IMG/VR virus record: IMGVR_UViG_3300032213_002832
Location: 64,001-128,000 of that record
Reading direction: 5' to 3' (one strand)
DNA length: 64,000 nucleotides
Source of the DNA: a virus
Below are positions 1-9,835 of the stretch, in pieces. The position numbers and the translations under genes were made by a program. The notes under the pieces were generated by a model. The model worked only from the letters and a program-made list of their open reading frames with translations, was not told where the DNA came from and searched no databases. The stretch's first letter is position 1. Each line of letters starts with the position of its first letter.

Positions 1-792
1 TCCATCCTACGCGATCTAGATGGACAAGTAATTACTCAAGATGACGTTGAAGAGTTGGCAGTTGTTCTTTTAGAGAACTTCGGTTCACCTAGCGAAATCC
101 ACATTGAGCCTCTAGCTCTAAGTTCTTTCGTTCGTCAGTTCTATCCACAATTCAGATCAGCTCCTGGTCTTTCTAACCAAACTGTTGGTTATGACGTATC
201 CAAAGTAACCACAACTGCTGGTTCAATGGATCTTAAGCCAAACCTATTCTTGCGCCCACGCGGAAAAGCTCGTGAAAAAGCTGTTAACGCAAATTGCCCA
301 GGACAACCAGCCGCATTCACCGGAGCTGCAGTTCCTGCAACCGGTAATCTAGAAGCTGGTACTTACCAGTACCGAATTACCGAAGTTTCAGATTTCGGCG
401 AGTCCGCTCCTCGTAACATCACCGCTGCTGTTGTAGTAGCTGCTGATGGTAGCTCTGTTGCATTGACAATGCCAACCGCACAAGCTGGAACAAAGTACTT
501 CAAAGTATATCGTTCTGCTGCTGGTGGTTCTGTTGCATCTGCTCAGTTCATCGGTAACTATAAAGTAGGTTTGGGAGCATACGTTGATGCTGATGCTAAG
601 CGCCCAGGACTTGGTGAAGCTTTCATGTTAGACATGAGTGCTGAGTGCATGAGATTCAAGCAACTAGCTCCAATGAGCAAAATTAATTTTGCTATCGTTA
701 CTACTGCTCTTGAATTTGCGATCGTATTGTACGGAGCTCTCTTCGTATATACTCCAAGATTCAACGGTGGATGGAGAAATGTTGGGAAGTAA
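1..792 (+). CDS. Major capsid protein, C-terminal part (5'-truncated by window), Twort/SPO1-like with FN3-like insertion
   Basis: Frame is open from base 1 (SILRDLDGQVITQDDVEELAVV...). The C-terminus FKQLAPMSKINFAIVTTALEFAIVLYGALFVYTPRFNGGWRNV resembles the Herelleviridae capsid end (QLLPMMKLPLA...FAVLWYGALALxAPKKWxRIKNV). The GTYQYRITEVSDFGESAP insertion is also typical. Confidence 0.8.
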   Translation, partial: SILRDLDGQVITQDDVEELAVVLLENFGSPSEIHIEPLALSSFVRQFYPQFRSAPGLSNQTVGYDVSKVTTTAGSMDLKPNLFLRPRGKAREKAVNANCPGQPAAFTGAAVPATGNLEAGTYQYRITEVSDFGESAPRNITAAVVVAADGSSVALTMPTAQAGTKYFKVYRSAAGGSVASAQFIGNYKVGLGAYVDADAKRPGLGEAFMLDMSAECMRFKQLAPMSKINFAIVTTALEFAIVLYGALFVYTPRFNGGWRNVGK

Positions 793-812
793 TAAGTAAT
801 TGATTTTACTGA

Positions 813-845
813 TAAAAGTGGCTGGTGTAAACCGGCCATTTTTTA
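813..845 (+). terminator. Rho-independent terminator after capsid gene
   Basis: Stem GTGGCTGGT-GTAA-ACCGGCCAT followed by a T-run. Confidence 0.8.
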
Positions 846-903
846 TTTATATAACCTATAAAATTATTTATTTATGTACAATATCCATATGATGTGGAGA
901 TGT

Positions 904-1581
904 ATGAAAAAGAAATGTCAATATATAGTTGTAGAAGGTTTGGATGGTGTTGGAAAAACAACACAAACTCAAAAATTAGTAGATTATCTACGTAGTCTAA
1001 ATTATAAGGTTTTACAAACAAAAGAACCAGGTTCTGAACATGCTCCACTAACAATGGAACTTCGTAATATAATGTTAAATGCTAAATATGATACCTCACT
1101 CACTGTCGCAGCAAGAGAACTCATTAGTCTTGCTATACGTTCCATCCATCTAGAAAAAGTTATTATACCAGCCCAATACGAGTACGACTTCATAATACAA
1201 GATCGTGGTATCCTATCTGGTCTCGCTTATGGTGAAGCATGTGGTAACGATTTAGGTTGGATAATGAATATTTCTAATACAATTGTTAAAAATGCGGATA
1301 AAACGCTAGATGGACAACCTACTTTGCTATATGATAAGGTAATAGTGTTATCTGGTAATGCTAAAAGTAGTTTACACAAAGCTGCCCAAGCTAAACAAGA
1401 GTTCACACACGGAGACGCAATAGAAAACAAAGGTGTATCCTTTATGGAATCTGTTGGTATAAATATGTTAAATTATTCTAATTTCTTTAATACTAGACAC
1501 ATTGATGTGGATGGTAAAAATATAGATGAAGTTTTTAGTGAAATCATTAATACTCTTAATTTAGAGGAAACCAATGTATGA
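904..1581 (+). CDS. tmk: Thymidylate kinase
   Basis: VEGLDGVGKTTQ P-loop, TKEPG and IIQDR motifs. Start moved to ATG 904, which has GGAG upstream. Confidence 0.9.
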   Translation: MKKKCQYIVVEGLDGVGKTTQTQKLVDYLRSLNYKVLQTKEPGSEHAPLTMELRNIMLNAKYDTSLTVAARELISLAIRSIHLEKVIIPAQYEYDFIIQDRGILSGLAYGEACGNDLGWIMNISNTIVKNADKTLDGQPTLLYDKVIVLSGNAKSSLHKAAQAKQEFTHGDAIENKGVSFMESVGINMLNYSNFFNTRHIDVDGKNIDEVFSEIINTLNLEETNV

Positions 1582-1655
1582 GTGAGCAAGAACAAGCGGT
1601 AGTTAAAGAAGAAAGTATGAGTGAGCAAGAACAAGCGGTAGTTAAAGAAGAAAGT
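1578..1655 (+). repeat. Exact 39-bp tandem duplication including the start codon (MSEQEQAVVKEES x2)
   Basis: atgagtgagcaagaacaagcggtagttaaagaagaaagt at 1578-1616 and 1617-1655. Confidence 0.97.
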
Positions 1656-3248
1656 GAAAAGAAACTTGCTCTTGTAGAGACATATGCTTCATTAGCAAAA
1701 ACTTTACGTCGTCATGTCAAAATGACTGATCTTATCGATGGTTCATCTTTTACTAAAGACATGGTCACTCATTACTTTAAGTCACTCTCTAGATTAGAAG
1801 AAGCCGCAAGAGAAGCTTTTCCAGAAAGTTTCTATGACGTTAAGATCAAAGACATAATTGGTCCTAAAAAATTAGCAGAATTACAAGATGCTGTAAAGAA
1901 ATACAAAAGATTTTTCATCACCACAGCTGTAGCTGGATGTCAGGCTGATACAAATTTTCTTAAAAGTATTCAAAGCTATTGTGCGAAAAATAATGCGGGA
2001 TTTCTCGTGTTAGTCGCATCAGATCCAGCTCATGTACATTCAAAGGGCGGATATGGAACTATTGATACTGACGTTATGGCTTATGGTGGTCAAGTAGTAT
2101 TGGCTGATACAGCGCTTAATAGTAATCTATATGTAAGCACACTAAAGCTAAGCGCCAAGCATATCGATCCTATTACCGGTTTATCACGAATTGGTCAACG
2201 TAATGGTAGTTTTATTTACGCATCACCTAAACAGAGATTAAAGGCTACTGCCGTATCTAATACCAAACTCCCACATATGCTAATGACTACTGGAGCAGTA
2301 ACAAGATCTAATTACTCTACAGATATCTATATGAGTGAACGTACAGCATATATCGCAGAAAATGACCATGTAATGGGTGGATTAATCATAGAGATTGAAG
2401 ATGATAAGATATATCATTTTAGACAAGTACAGGCAGATATTGATGGAGCATTTATTGATTTGGGTATTCAGTATAATGCTGACGAATCTGTAGAAAATAT
2501 AGCACCAGAAGCTTTCGTTTTAGGCGATTGGCATAGCGGCGAAACAGATCCTGTGGCTAAACAAGCGTGGGTTGAAGTTGTACAACAACTAGGTGTTAAG
2601 AAAGTTATATTACATGATACTTTTAATGGTCTCTCTATTAATCACCATGAAGATCATATGGGGATTTTGAAGGCACAGAGAGCTCATATGAATCAATTGG
2701 ATCTTGGATCTGAGTTGAAAGTATTGGCACAAGATTTAGATGATTGGGCTTTGCTTGTCGATTCAGTTGTAATTGTAAAATCAAATCATGACATCTTTCT
2801 AGAAAGATACCTCCAAGATGGCAAGTACGTCAAAGATCCCCATAACCACAAATTATCTCTTCATCTATCTTTAGCAATGCTAGATGGTAAAGATCCACTA
2901 CAATATGGCGTTGAAATGCAGGGATTGAAGAATCCAGATAAGATAGTATGGCTTAAGATGGATGATGATTATAAGATTGCTCATATCCAGTTAGGAGCAC
3001 ATGGTCATAAAGGGTCTAATGGAAGTAGGGGGTCTCTAAAAGCAATGGAGGCAGCTTATGGACAGTCTGTTTCTGGCCATGCTCATACACCAGAAATATT
3101 AAGACAAAGTTGGCAAACCGGTACAAGTAGTTATCTAAAACTATCTTATAATTCAGGCGCCAGCTCCTGGTTACATTCCAGTTGCCTGGTTTATTCCAAT
3201 GGCTCAAGACAGCTAATCAATGTTATGAACGGTAAATGGAAAGCCTAA
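1578..3248 (+). CDS. T5 A1-like metallophosphoesterase/nuclease
   Basis: GDWH, LHD, SNHD, HGHxGxNGSRGS, GHAHT and YNxGASSWxHxxxxxYxNGxRxLI motifs plus ~550 aa length, as recalled for the T5 A1 family. Confidence 0.7.
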   Translation: MSEQEQAVVKEESMSEQEQAVVKEESEKKLALVETYASLAKTLRRHVKMTDLIDGSSFTKDMVTHYFKSLSRLEEAAREAFPESFYDVKIKDIIGPKKLAELQDAVKKYKRFFITTAVAGCQADTNFLKSIQSYCAKNNAGFLVLVASDPAHVHSKGGYGTIDTDVMAYGGQVVLADTALNSNLYVSTLKLSAKHIDPITGLSRIGQRNGSFIYASPKQRLKATAVSNTKLPHMLMTTGAVTRSNYSTDIYMSERTAYIAENDHVMGGLIIEIEDDKIYHFRQVQADIDGAFIDLGIQYNADESVENIAPEAFVLGDWHSGETDPVAKQAWVEVVQQLGVKKVILHDTFNGLSINHHEDHMGILKAQRAHMNQLDLGSELKVLAQDLDDWALLVDSVVIVKSNHDIFLERYLQDGKYVKDPHNHKLSLHLSLAMLDGKDPLQYGVEMQGLKNPDKIVWLKMDDDYKIAHIQLGAHGHKGSNGSRGSLKAMEAAYGQSVSGHAHTPEILRQSWQTGTSSYLKLSYNSGASSWLHSSCLVYSNGSRQLINVMNGKWKA

Positions 3249-3286
3249 AATAAACCACTCCAATCAATTGCGGTTACTGGCACTTC

Positions 3287-3295
3287 TGGTATAAT
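3287..3295 (+). promoter_or_regulatory. Extended -10 promoter (TGnTATAAT) before head-protein cluster
   Basis: TGGTATAAT in the intergenic region 32 nt before the 3327 start. Confidence 0.55.
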
Positions 3296-3326
3296 AAGCA
3301 TAAGCTTATATACTATGGAGTGAATA

Positions 3327-3641
3327 GTGAAACCAACAAATATGCCATCAGGCGCACAAAGAAATGCAGAAGTAGGGTTAGTTTGGATAGAAATATTAAC
3401 AAACGCCCAAGGGTCATTTCAATTACCATTTCAAGCAACTTTTAGAGTACGTGCTACTGGCGCAACCACGGTAACAATCGGTGGCACTTTAGCTATGACA
3501 ATGTCTGCCGGTGAAATAGCTATTTTCAATGCAGGCACTGGCCCATCTGACACACTCTCTTACACTACTATCGTCATAGCTGGTGCTAACGCATTTGTTC
3601 AAAAAGCAGCAGACATCGAAAGCGGACGTATACGCAGATAA
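3327..3641 (+). CDS. Hypothetical beta-rich virion protein
   Basis: GTG start with GGAG RBS; lies in the structural cluster. Confidence 0.6.
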   Translation: MKPTNMPSGAQRNAEVGLVWIEILTNAQGSFQLPFQATFRVRATGATTVTIGGTLAMTMSAGEIAIFNAGTGPSDTLSYTTIVIAGANAFVQKAADIESGRIRR

Positions 3642-3650
3642 GGAGTTTTT

Positions 3651-4703
3651 ATGAAGTTGGACAACTTTAAAGAACTTCTTGCTAAAAAAGCACAAGATGT
3701 TTCTATTAAAAATTTAATAAAGTTTATGAAAGATGATCTATTTGTAGATCTTGTTTATGAATCACTTGAGAAGATGGCGAGAGCCAGCCATAAAGGCGAT
3801 GCTGCTAATCTAGCTACTCGTGATTTTGGTACTGAAATGGATCCATCTCACGAGCCAAATATGATTCATGACGCATTATCACATCACGTGTCTAACTATA
3901 AGGCTGCACTTAATAGCGGAAATCATACCGTTGCTAATCAGCACGCTAAGCAAGTATTTAGAATAGTAGATATGGCTGATCAAGCACAAAAGCATTCTCA
4001 TGGTAAACTACAAGTCGAAGCAGTGTCTCCACATCCGTGGGAACGAAACAGTAAGACTAATAAGTATACTGCTGATGATGATAAGGTAAAAGATGGTTCA
4101 TACAAACCAGGTGAATTTAAAACAAAAACAAAAGGTTGGCGTTATAGAGGCAATGATTACGGGTTCCTACAACAGGCTCCTCATGAATCGTATTCAGGAG
4201 AGGTGCGTAGACATGGCCATAATAACGCATATCCTATGGAAGAGATAAAGGTTAATGGAAAACATGTTGATGTTGAAGATGTTAAGTCACCAACAACGTA
4301 TGCTGCTCATCCATTTGACTCGCATCCAATAATGCAGCACTTTGAAGAATCAGCTGGAAATAGAACTCCAGAAAGAGATAAGCAATATTTAGCAGAGCGT
4401 GACAAGTTTTCTGAGTCACCTGAGCTAGATAAATATTTCTCAAGCCAAGAAGAAAGACAAAACGCAGATCCAGAAAAAGCTCAACAACGCGGTAGTGTGA
4501 AGTCTTCACCTGTTCATAAGCAAGTTGAGCCACTAGATTTATCTAGCCAATCAAGTACAGAGCCAGGCCAACCAACAGATAAACCGGCTCCTAAGGCTAT
4601 AGTTAGAAAACCAAATCAAGCAAGTACATTATCAGACGAAGAAAGAGCAAAAGCAATATCTCTACTTCCACCTGACTTGCGTGCTAAATTAGGATTAGAA
4701 TAA
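3651..4703 (+). CDS. Hypothetical, probable internal head protein
   Basis: Strong RBS (AAGGAG); hydrophilic and His-rich; SLEK|M candidate cleavage motif. Confidence 0.6.
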   Translation: MKLDNFKELLAKKAQDVSIKNLIKFMKDDLFVDLVYESLEKMARASHKGDAANLATRDFGTEMDPSHEPNMIHDALSHHVSNYKAALNSGNHTVANQHAKQVFRIVDMADQAQKHSHGKLQVEAVSPHPWERNSKTNKYTADDDKVKDGSYKPGEFKTKTKGWRYRGNDYGFLQQAPHESYSGEVRRHGHNNAYPMEEIKVNGKHVDVEDVKSPTTYAAHPFDSHPIMQHFEESAGNRTPERDKQYLAERDKFSESPELDKYFSSQEERQNADPEKAQQRGSVKSSPVHKQVEPLDLSSQSSTEPGQPTDKPAPKAIVRKPNQASTLSDEERAKAISLLPPDLRAKLGLE

Positions 4704-5767
4704 TGAGCACATATGATATAAATTCCATATCGGCTACAATAGATTTTATTCGTCAAAATAAAGATGAGTTAATAAAAAATCTATCAGCATATGAACATTT
4801 GCTTCATACACTAAAGAAAGCAGCAGATGAGCAGAATAAGAAGCAATACTCTAAAGATTGGGAAGCACGCAAAGACTATTCTCCCCAAGAATCTGCTGCT
4901 ATAAAGAAGTACGTTGATGATGGGTATTCTCCAAGAGAAGCAGAGAGACTTGCTGGAGCGCATCAAGGGCCAAAGAATTATAAAGCCGCATTACAATCTG
5001 GCGTTAATCCATCTATGCCATCAGATAAAATGATGGGTAATTTAAAAGGCTTGGCTAAAGAGTGGCTTGACTCAAATCGCAGTCGTGATTTAGCCGAAGC
5101 AGATCCAGTGAAAAATCCGATGAAGCATGCTTCAGGTCAAATGGAACAAGCTCATCAAAAACACACTGGAAACTATCACGAAGCATACAGCGACTTTCTA
5201 TCATCCGATGATGTTAAAAATCTTTCTCCACGAGATAGGCATAAAGCAGTTTCAGAGTGGAAGAATAAGTGGAAACAAGATAATCCAGAGTATGAAGAAG
5301 GATTAACATCTAATGTTTCTCAAACACAATCTAAATTTGCCGATGCCGCTAAAAATATAGAACAAAAGAATCAAGAAGCAGCTCAGCATATAGCTTTAGG
5401 CGGTGCGGGTGACGTTCATGATATGACAGATCAAGAAGCTATGCAGCATCTTAGCGGTAGTCAAAATGATGAAGGTTATAGTGGCGGATCTATCATTAAA
5501 GATCCTGCTGCTGATTTTGCAGCCAAAAACCCACGTTACATAAAAATCTTGAATCAAGAACAAATGGATAGAGTGAAAAGATTAGATGCAGCTGCTACTG
5601 CTCAGGGTAAAACTAGAACTCCAGTACAGCCACAAACACAAGAACAGAGCACACCTGCTGCCCAACCAGAAGCCGCTCCGAAAAAAGCAGTTGTTGTTAG
5701 AGCTGGTCAAAGGGTTAAAAACACAGCCGCACCAATTAAAATCACTCGCGATGATGAAGAGGAATAA
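4703..5767 (+). CDS. Hypothetical, probable internal head protein
   Basis: Translationally coupled (TAATG); hydrophilic; ELIK|N and TLKK|A motifs. Confidence 0.6.
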   Translation: MSTYDINSISATIDFIRQNKDELIKNLSAYEHLLHTLKKAADEQNKKQYSKDWEARKDYSPQESAAIKKYVDDGYSPREAERLAGAHQGPKNYKAALQSGVNPSMPSDKMMGNLKGLAKEWLDSNRSRDLAEADPVKNPMKHASGQMEQAHQKHTGNYHEAYSDFLSSDDVKNLSPRDRHKAVSEWKNKWKQDNPEYEEGLTSNVSQTQSKFADAAKNIEQKNQEAAQHIALGGAGDVHDMTDQEAMQHLSGSQNDEGYSGGSIIKDPAADFAAKNPRYIKILNQEQMDRVKRLDAAATAQGKTRTPVQPQTQEQSTPAAQPEAAPKKAVVVRAGQRVKNTAAPIKITRDDEEE

Positions 5768-5770
5768 CAT

Positions 5771-6601
5771 ATGAGCATGAGTAGAACGCCAGAGTTGGAA
5801 ATGTTCCCATATCGCGCGACGGATCAATTTGAACCAACGTTTGAACGATATTGTCCACTTCCAACTGTATGTGATATGAAAGATAATAAGCTTTTTGGTA
5901 TACCATTAAGATCAGCATTGACTGGACAAGAATTAAAAGATAAAACTATTCAGTTCTATATGAATTCAGCAATATCAGAGATTGAGCATATGTTAGATCT
6001 CTATATTACACCAGTTAAATTCTTTGAAACACATGATTATGAGAGATCTAAGTTTACTTGGACTTACAACTACATGAAGTTAGATCATCCAAATATACTG
6101 AGCGTATCTAGAGTAGAGCTTAGTTTTTCCAATAACCCGCTAACACCTGGATTTGTACAGTTTCCATTAGAGTACGTGTATGTGCGTCCTCAAGAAGGCG
6201 TAATACAGCTAGTCCCAGCATACGGTACATCTATATCTGGTTTTCTACTATCTGCTTTTAGTGGTACACAGTTCCATGCCCTTCAATCAGCCGGCACGTC
6301 AAACTTTCCTGGTGGTATACGTGTAGAATATACTGCGGGATTTGCCGAAGATAAAGTACCTGTATCTATATGTGAACTTATTCAAACAATAGCAGCAATT
6401 AATATTTTGTCAGCATTAGGACCCATTTTGTTCCCTCAAACATCTGTCTCTATCTCTGTAGATGGTGCTTCGCAATCAACTGGCGGATTTGGTCCGAAAT
6501 ATCTTAACGATAGAATTGACCAGTTAAAAGAAGAGCGAGATAGAATGGTTGACGTCGTTAAGGGATACTATTGCCGTAGATTTCTCATAGATACTATTTA
6601 A
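5771..6601 (+). CDS. Head-tail adaptor/neck protein (Herelleviridae-like)
   Basis: IxFYMNSAISEIEHMLDLYI N-terminus, RVEYTAGF and SVSISVDGASQS pattern typical of Twort/SPO1-type neck proteins. Confidence 0.65.
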   Translation: MSMSRTPELEMFPYRATDQFEPTFERYCPLPTVCDMKDNKLFGIPLRSALTGQELKDKTIQFYMNSAISEIEHMLDLYITPVKFFETHDYERSKFTWTYNYMKLDHPNILSVSRVELSFSNNPLTPGFVQFPLEYVYVRPQEGVIQLVPAYGTSISGFLLSAFSGTQFHALQSAGTSNFPGGIRVEYTAGFAEDKVPVSICELIQTIAAINILSALGPILFPQTSVSISVDGASQSTGGFGPKYLNDRIDQLKEERDRMVDVVKGYYCRRFLIDTI

Positions 6602-6629
6602 GGGATAAAAGTGTTAAAAGGAGATAAAT

Positions 6630-8027
6630 ATGAGTAACAAAAAATGGCAAATAAAGCATCAAGGTAAGTGGTATTCACTTAATCATATAGTTGATAGTGG
6701 TAAACCTTCTCATGAAGAGGGTGGCGGAAACCATTATCATGTAGATGGTCATGAACCAATTAGCCAGCATGATATTGAAGATATTGACATGAGTGGTCAG
6801 CAAGATCTTAATAAGCGTGAAGATAAAATACCCGGCGGTTTAGCTGATAAGAAGAAACCCTCTGACTTTGATAGTGAGAAATTAAAAGCTGGTATCAAAA
6901 TAGAAATGGAACATACTAGTGATAGAGCTGTAGCTGAAGAAATTGCTATGGATCATCTCACTGAAGATTCAGAGTATTATAAGAAACTAAAAGAAGTAGA
7001 AAAATATGATCGCGTAGAAGTAACCCCTGATGGGAAGCGTGAACTTACATATGGAAAAGAAGATCTGAGTAAAGAACCAGACTTGAAAAAACGTTGGAGT
7101 AAACTTAAAAAAGCACTAGATAGCAGTTCTGCCATAATGGATTTAGCTGAAGAGAGTGGAGATGATGAGTCAGATGCTCAACCTGAAGCCCAACCAGATG
7201 CTCAGCCTGAAGGCGACGTTGACCAAAGTGCTCAGCCTCAACCAGACGCACAACCAGAAGATAGCGGTCAAGATGATTCACAGCAAGAAGATGAAGCACA
7301 AAAAGAACAAGAAGTAATTGACTTCCTTCGCCAAGAAGGGTATGATGATACAGAAATCGCATATATTGTACGAAACCACAGTATCCCTATCCCTACAAAA
7401 GATGATAATGCCGCACAAAATGAAGCAGCTAAGGGAGAAATGGAGCAAGCACACTTACAAGAAAAACACGAACTTTCTCATGCGCATAAACAAGATGCTC
7501 ATGAACAAGAACGTCAACAAGATGACGAAGAATATAAGGTTAGGCTAGAGCACAAGAAGCGTATGTCAGAAGTTGAATACGAAAAAGCCAAATCTGACCT
7601 AGTAGATCCTAGTTTAGCTGGAGAGCATAAAAAGAAAATGCTTGATATTGAAGTTGAAATAGCTAGTAAGAAAAAAGAGCAAGCAGCTTTAGAGGTTGAA
7701 CATAAGAAGCGCATGTTAGACTTAGAATATGAGAAAGCTCATAAAGAAGCTAATAAAGAAGATCCAGCAGAAGCTACACAGAAAGAGCAATTACAATTTG
7801 AATTAGACATGAAGAGGATGGAGAAGGAGCTTGAACTTGAATTTAAAAAGAAAGAATTAGCTCTTAAACTAAAACTCACAGAAGAAGCAGCAAAACAAAA
7901 ACATGAACATGCTAAGCAGCAGTTTGAGTCAGACGCGGCAGTTAATTCTCAAGTAAAAGAGAACCAAGCTAAACATAAAATAGCTGAATCTAAAAAACCA
8001 CCAGTTAAGGAGAAAAAAGGTGAATAA
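6630..8027 (+). CDS. DUF5661-domain protein with acidic QPD/QPE linker and long coiled coil
   Basis: KIPGGLADKKKPSDFDSEKLKAGIKIEMEHTSDRAVAEEIAMDHLTEDSEYYKKL; repeated EHKKRMLDxEYE heptads. Confidence 0.7.
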   Translation: MSNKKWQIKHQGKWYSLNHIVDSGKPSHEEGGGNHYHVDGHEPISQHDIEDIDMSGQQDLNKREDKIPGGLADKKKPSDFDSEKLKAGIKIEMEHTSDRAVAEEIAMDHLTEDSEYYKKLKEVEKYDRVEVTPDGKRELTYGKEDLSKEPDLKKRWSKLKKALDSSSAIMDLAEESGDDESDAQPEAQPDAQPEGDVDQSAQPQPDAQPEDSGQDDSQQEDEAQKEQEVIDFLRQEGYDDTEIAYIVRNHSIPIPTKDDNAAQNEAAKGEMEQAHLQEKHELSHAHKQDAHEQERQQDDEEYKVRLEHKKRMSEVEYEKAKSDLVDPSLAGEHKKKMLDIEVEIASKKKEQAALEVEHKKRMLDLEYEKAHKEANKEDPAEATQKEQLQFELDMKRMEKELELEFKKKELALKLKLTEEAAKQKHEHAKQQFESDAAVNSQVKENQAKHKIAESKKPPVKEKKGE

Positions 8028-8337
8028 GATTGAAGCACTTATAAAAGCATTATCAGATGTAAAAGAGAAACTTACAAAAGATGCTTTAGATGACAAGATT
8101 AAAGCTAAAATGAAAGCTGAAATGGATAAGCGTAATTTTGGTGATAAGCAAGTTGCTGACCATTTACGTGACACAGACGAATCTATTCCTGCTGCCCAAC
8201 GTAGTAATATCAAAAACTCACTTAAGATACAAAATGCTCCAAAACCTAAACTAACAATAGTTAAGGGTGAGGAGTGTTATAAGATCAGTGATTTAGGTCA
8301 ATGGGGTATTGAAAAGAAGGATAAAGATAATGGCTAG
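8020..8337 (+). CDS. Hypothetical, probable head protein (GQWxxEK motif)
   Basis: Overlapping GTG start; shares ISxxGQWxxEK with ORF 49579. Confidence 0.6.
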   Translation: MNKIEALIKALSDVKEKLTKDALDDKIKAKMKAEMDKRNFGDKQVADHLRDTDESIPAAQRSNIKNSLKIQNAPKPKLTIVKGEECYKISDLGQWGIEKKDKDNG

Positions 8338-8749
8338 AAAACAAGATATAGACTGGTCTGACTGGAAAGGTTCTGTTCAATTAACACAACATCCATTATC
8401 AGCACCTATTAATACTAATCTTAAAAAAGGTGCTGATGTTGTTAATAATTTCTTATCGACATGTGCTCAATCTATCTTACGAGATATACCAAAACAACCA
8501 ACAAATGAACGAATGTTTGGTCATCTTGTAAAAACAGAAGCAGAAATTAAGGCTATCAATAAAAAGTGGGAAAATAGCATACACAATCATAAAGAGTTAT
8601 ATAAGCCCATTGATCATCTTAATAAGTCTAAAATAGAAGCTACGTGGGGTGAAGGTAAGTCTTTCAATAGTTTGCTTAAAGAGCAACTCTCTAAAGAGGA
8701 ATTAGCACAAAGAAATATGTGCGTTCAAGATATTGATGTTGCGAAATAA
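8330..8749 (+). CDS. Hypothetical, probable head protein
   Basis: Start revised to ATG 8330; NLKK|G and HLNK|S motifs. Confidence 0.6.
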   Translation: MARKQDIDWSDWKGSVQLTQHPLSAPINTNLKKGADVVNNFLSTCAQSILRDIPKQPTNERMFGHLVKTEAEIKAINKKWENSIHNHKELYKPIDHLNKSKIEATWGEGKSFNSLLKEQLSKEELAQRNMCVQDIDVAK

Positions 8750-8828
8750 TACTCTATAGTATGATATACTAGTATAGTGTGATTTAAGAGTGACCTAGGG
8801 TGGTCATGCTTGGAAATGGGTGTAAAAT

Positions 8829-9824
8829 ATGTATGAAAAAAGACTCCCAGCAGTCTCTATACGAGCCTTTACTTCCGATGGTGGTACGCTTGGTCGCATA
8901 TTAACTACTCAAGCCCAAGATTTTAAAGTAAAACAACAAGTTATATTAAATTCTAATACCGCTGGCCAATCACGATTAGAGGTTAAGCGCGTAGAATCCG
9001 CTACAGTTTTATATGTAGGTCCTATTTCTACGCCCATCACTGCTAGAAGTGATATATCTAATTATTTAGTAGCAGATTCAGCTTCTATACAAGCAGATGA
9101 ACAACCACGTCCTACCATACCCGAACAAGAAATAGAGCGTTTAACTTACGAAGAAGAACCGACTGTAGCTAGGCGTACAGTTTTAGTAGATGCTTTAGGT
9201 AATAAATATAGCGATACCAATCCATTGCCAGTACAAGTTGATGGTGATATCAATGTTGGCGATATCAATGTAAGATTGTCACATTTAGATAATGTGCCTA
9301 ATCCAGGTGATATCGCCGACTCTGTTCGTGTAGGTGATGGTACTGATCTTTTAGGTATTAATGCCGATGGTAGTATTAATGTTGTAGATGATGCTTTAGC
9401 TGACTTGGTTACTGAAACTAATAACTTAATCACTGATAGTAATACTTTACTTGATGATATTAATACTCAATTAACCAGCGGTACGATTAAAGTAGACGAT
9501 GACCAAACACAAACCGCACTCAATAACATTCTAGGACAATTACAAGCCGGTGGTATAATCATAGGGACTGAGAACGGCACACCAACTGGTGTTCAGCATG
9601 TTTTTGTTAATAATATCAAAGAGATGATATTAAAAGCGAAAGATAGAACTGGGACAATAGTGTACGCAGATTTTGGAACTAAAGATCAGCGCATTACTAA
9701 AATCACATATACGGCACCAAGTATCGGAACCGGAGCTGGCTTTACAGCTGAAAAAACATTCACTTACACCCAAGTCGGAAATCGCTATCGAAGAGATACT
9801 CCTGGCAATTGGTCTTTGGTATAA
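8829..9824 (+). CDS. Virion structural/appendage protein
   Basis: TNPLPV, DSVRVGDGTDLLGINADGSINV repeats typical of phage fibre-associated proteins; first gene of the cassette. Confidence 0.5.
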   Translation: MYEKRLPAVSIRAFTSDGGTLGRILTTQAQDFKVKQQVILNSNTAGQSRLEVKRVESATVLYVGPISTPITARSDISNYLVADSASIQADEQPRPTIPEQEIERLTYEEEPTVARRTVLVDALGNKYSDTNPLPVQVDGDINVGDINVRLSHLDNVPNPGDIADSVRVGDGTDLLGINADGSINVVDDALADLVTETNNLITDSNTLLDDINTQLTSGTIKVDDDQTQTALNNILGQLQAGGIIIGTENGTPTGVQHVFVNNIKEMILKAKDRTGTIVYADFGTKDQRITKITYTAPSIGTGAGFTAEKTFTYTQVGNRYRRDTPGNWSLV

Positions 9825-9835
9825 AAGAGGGAACT

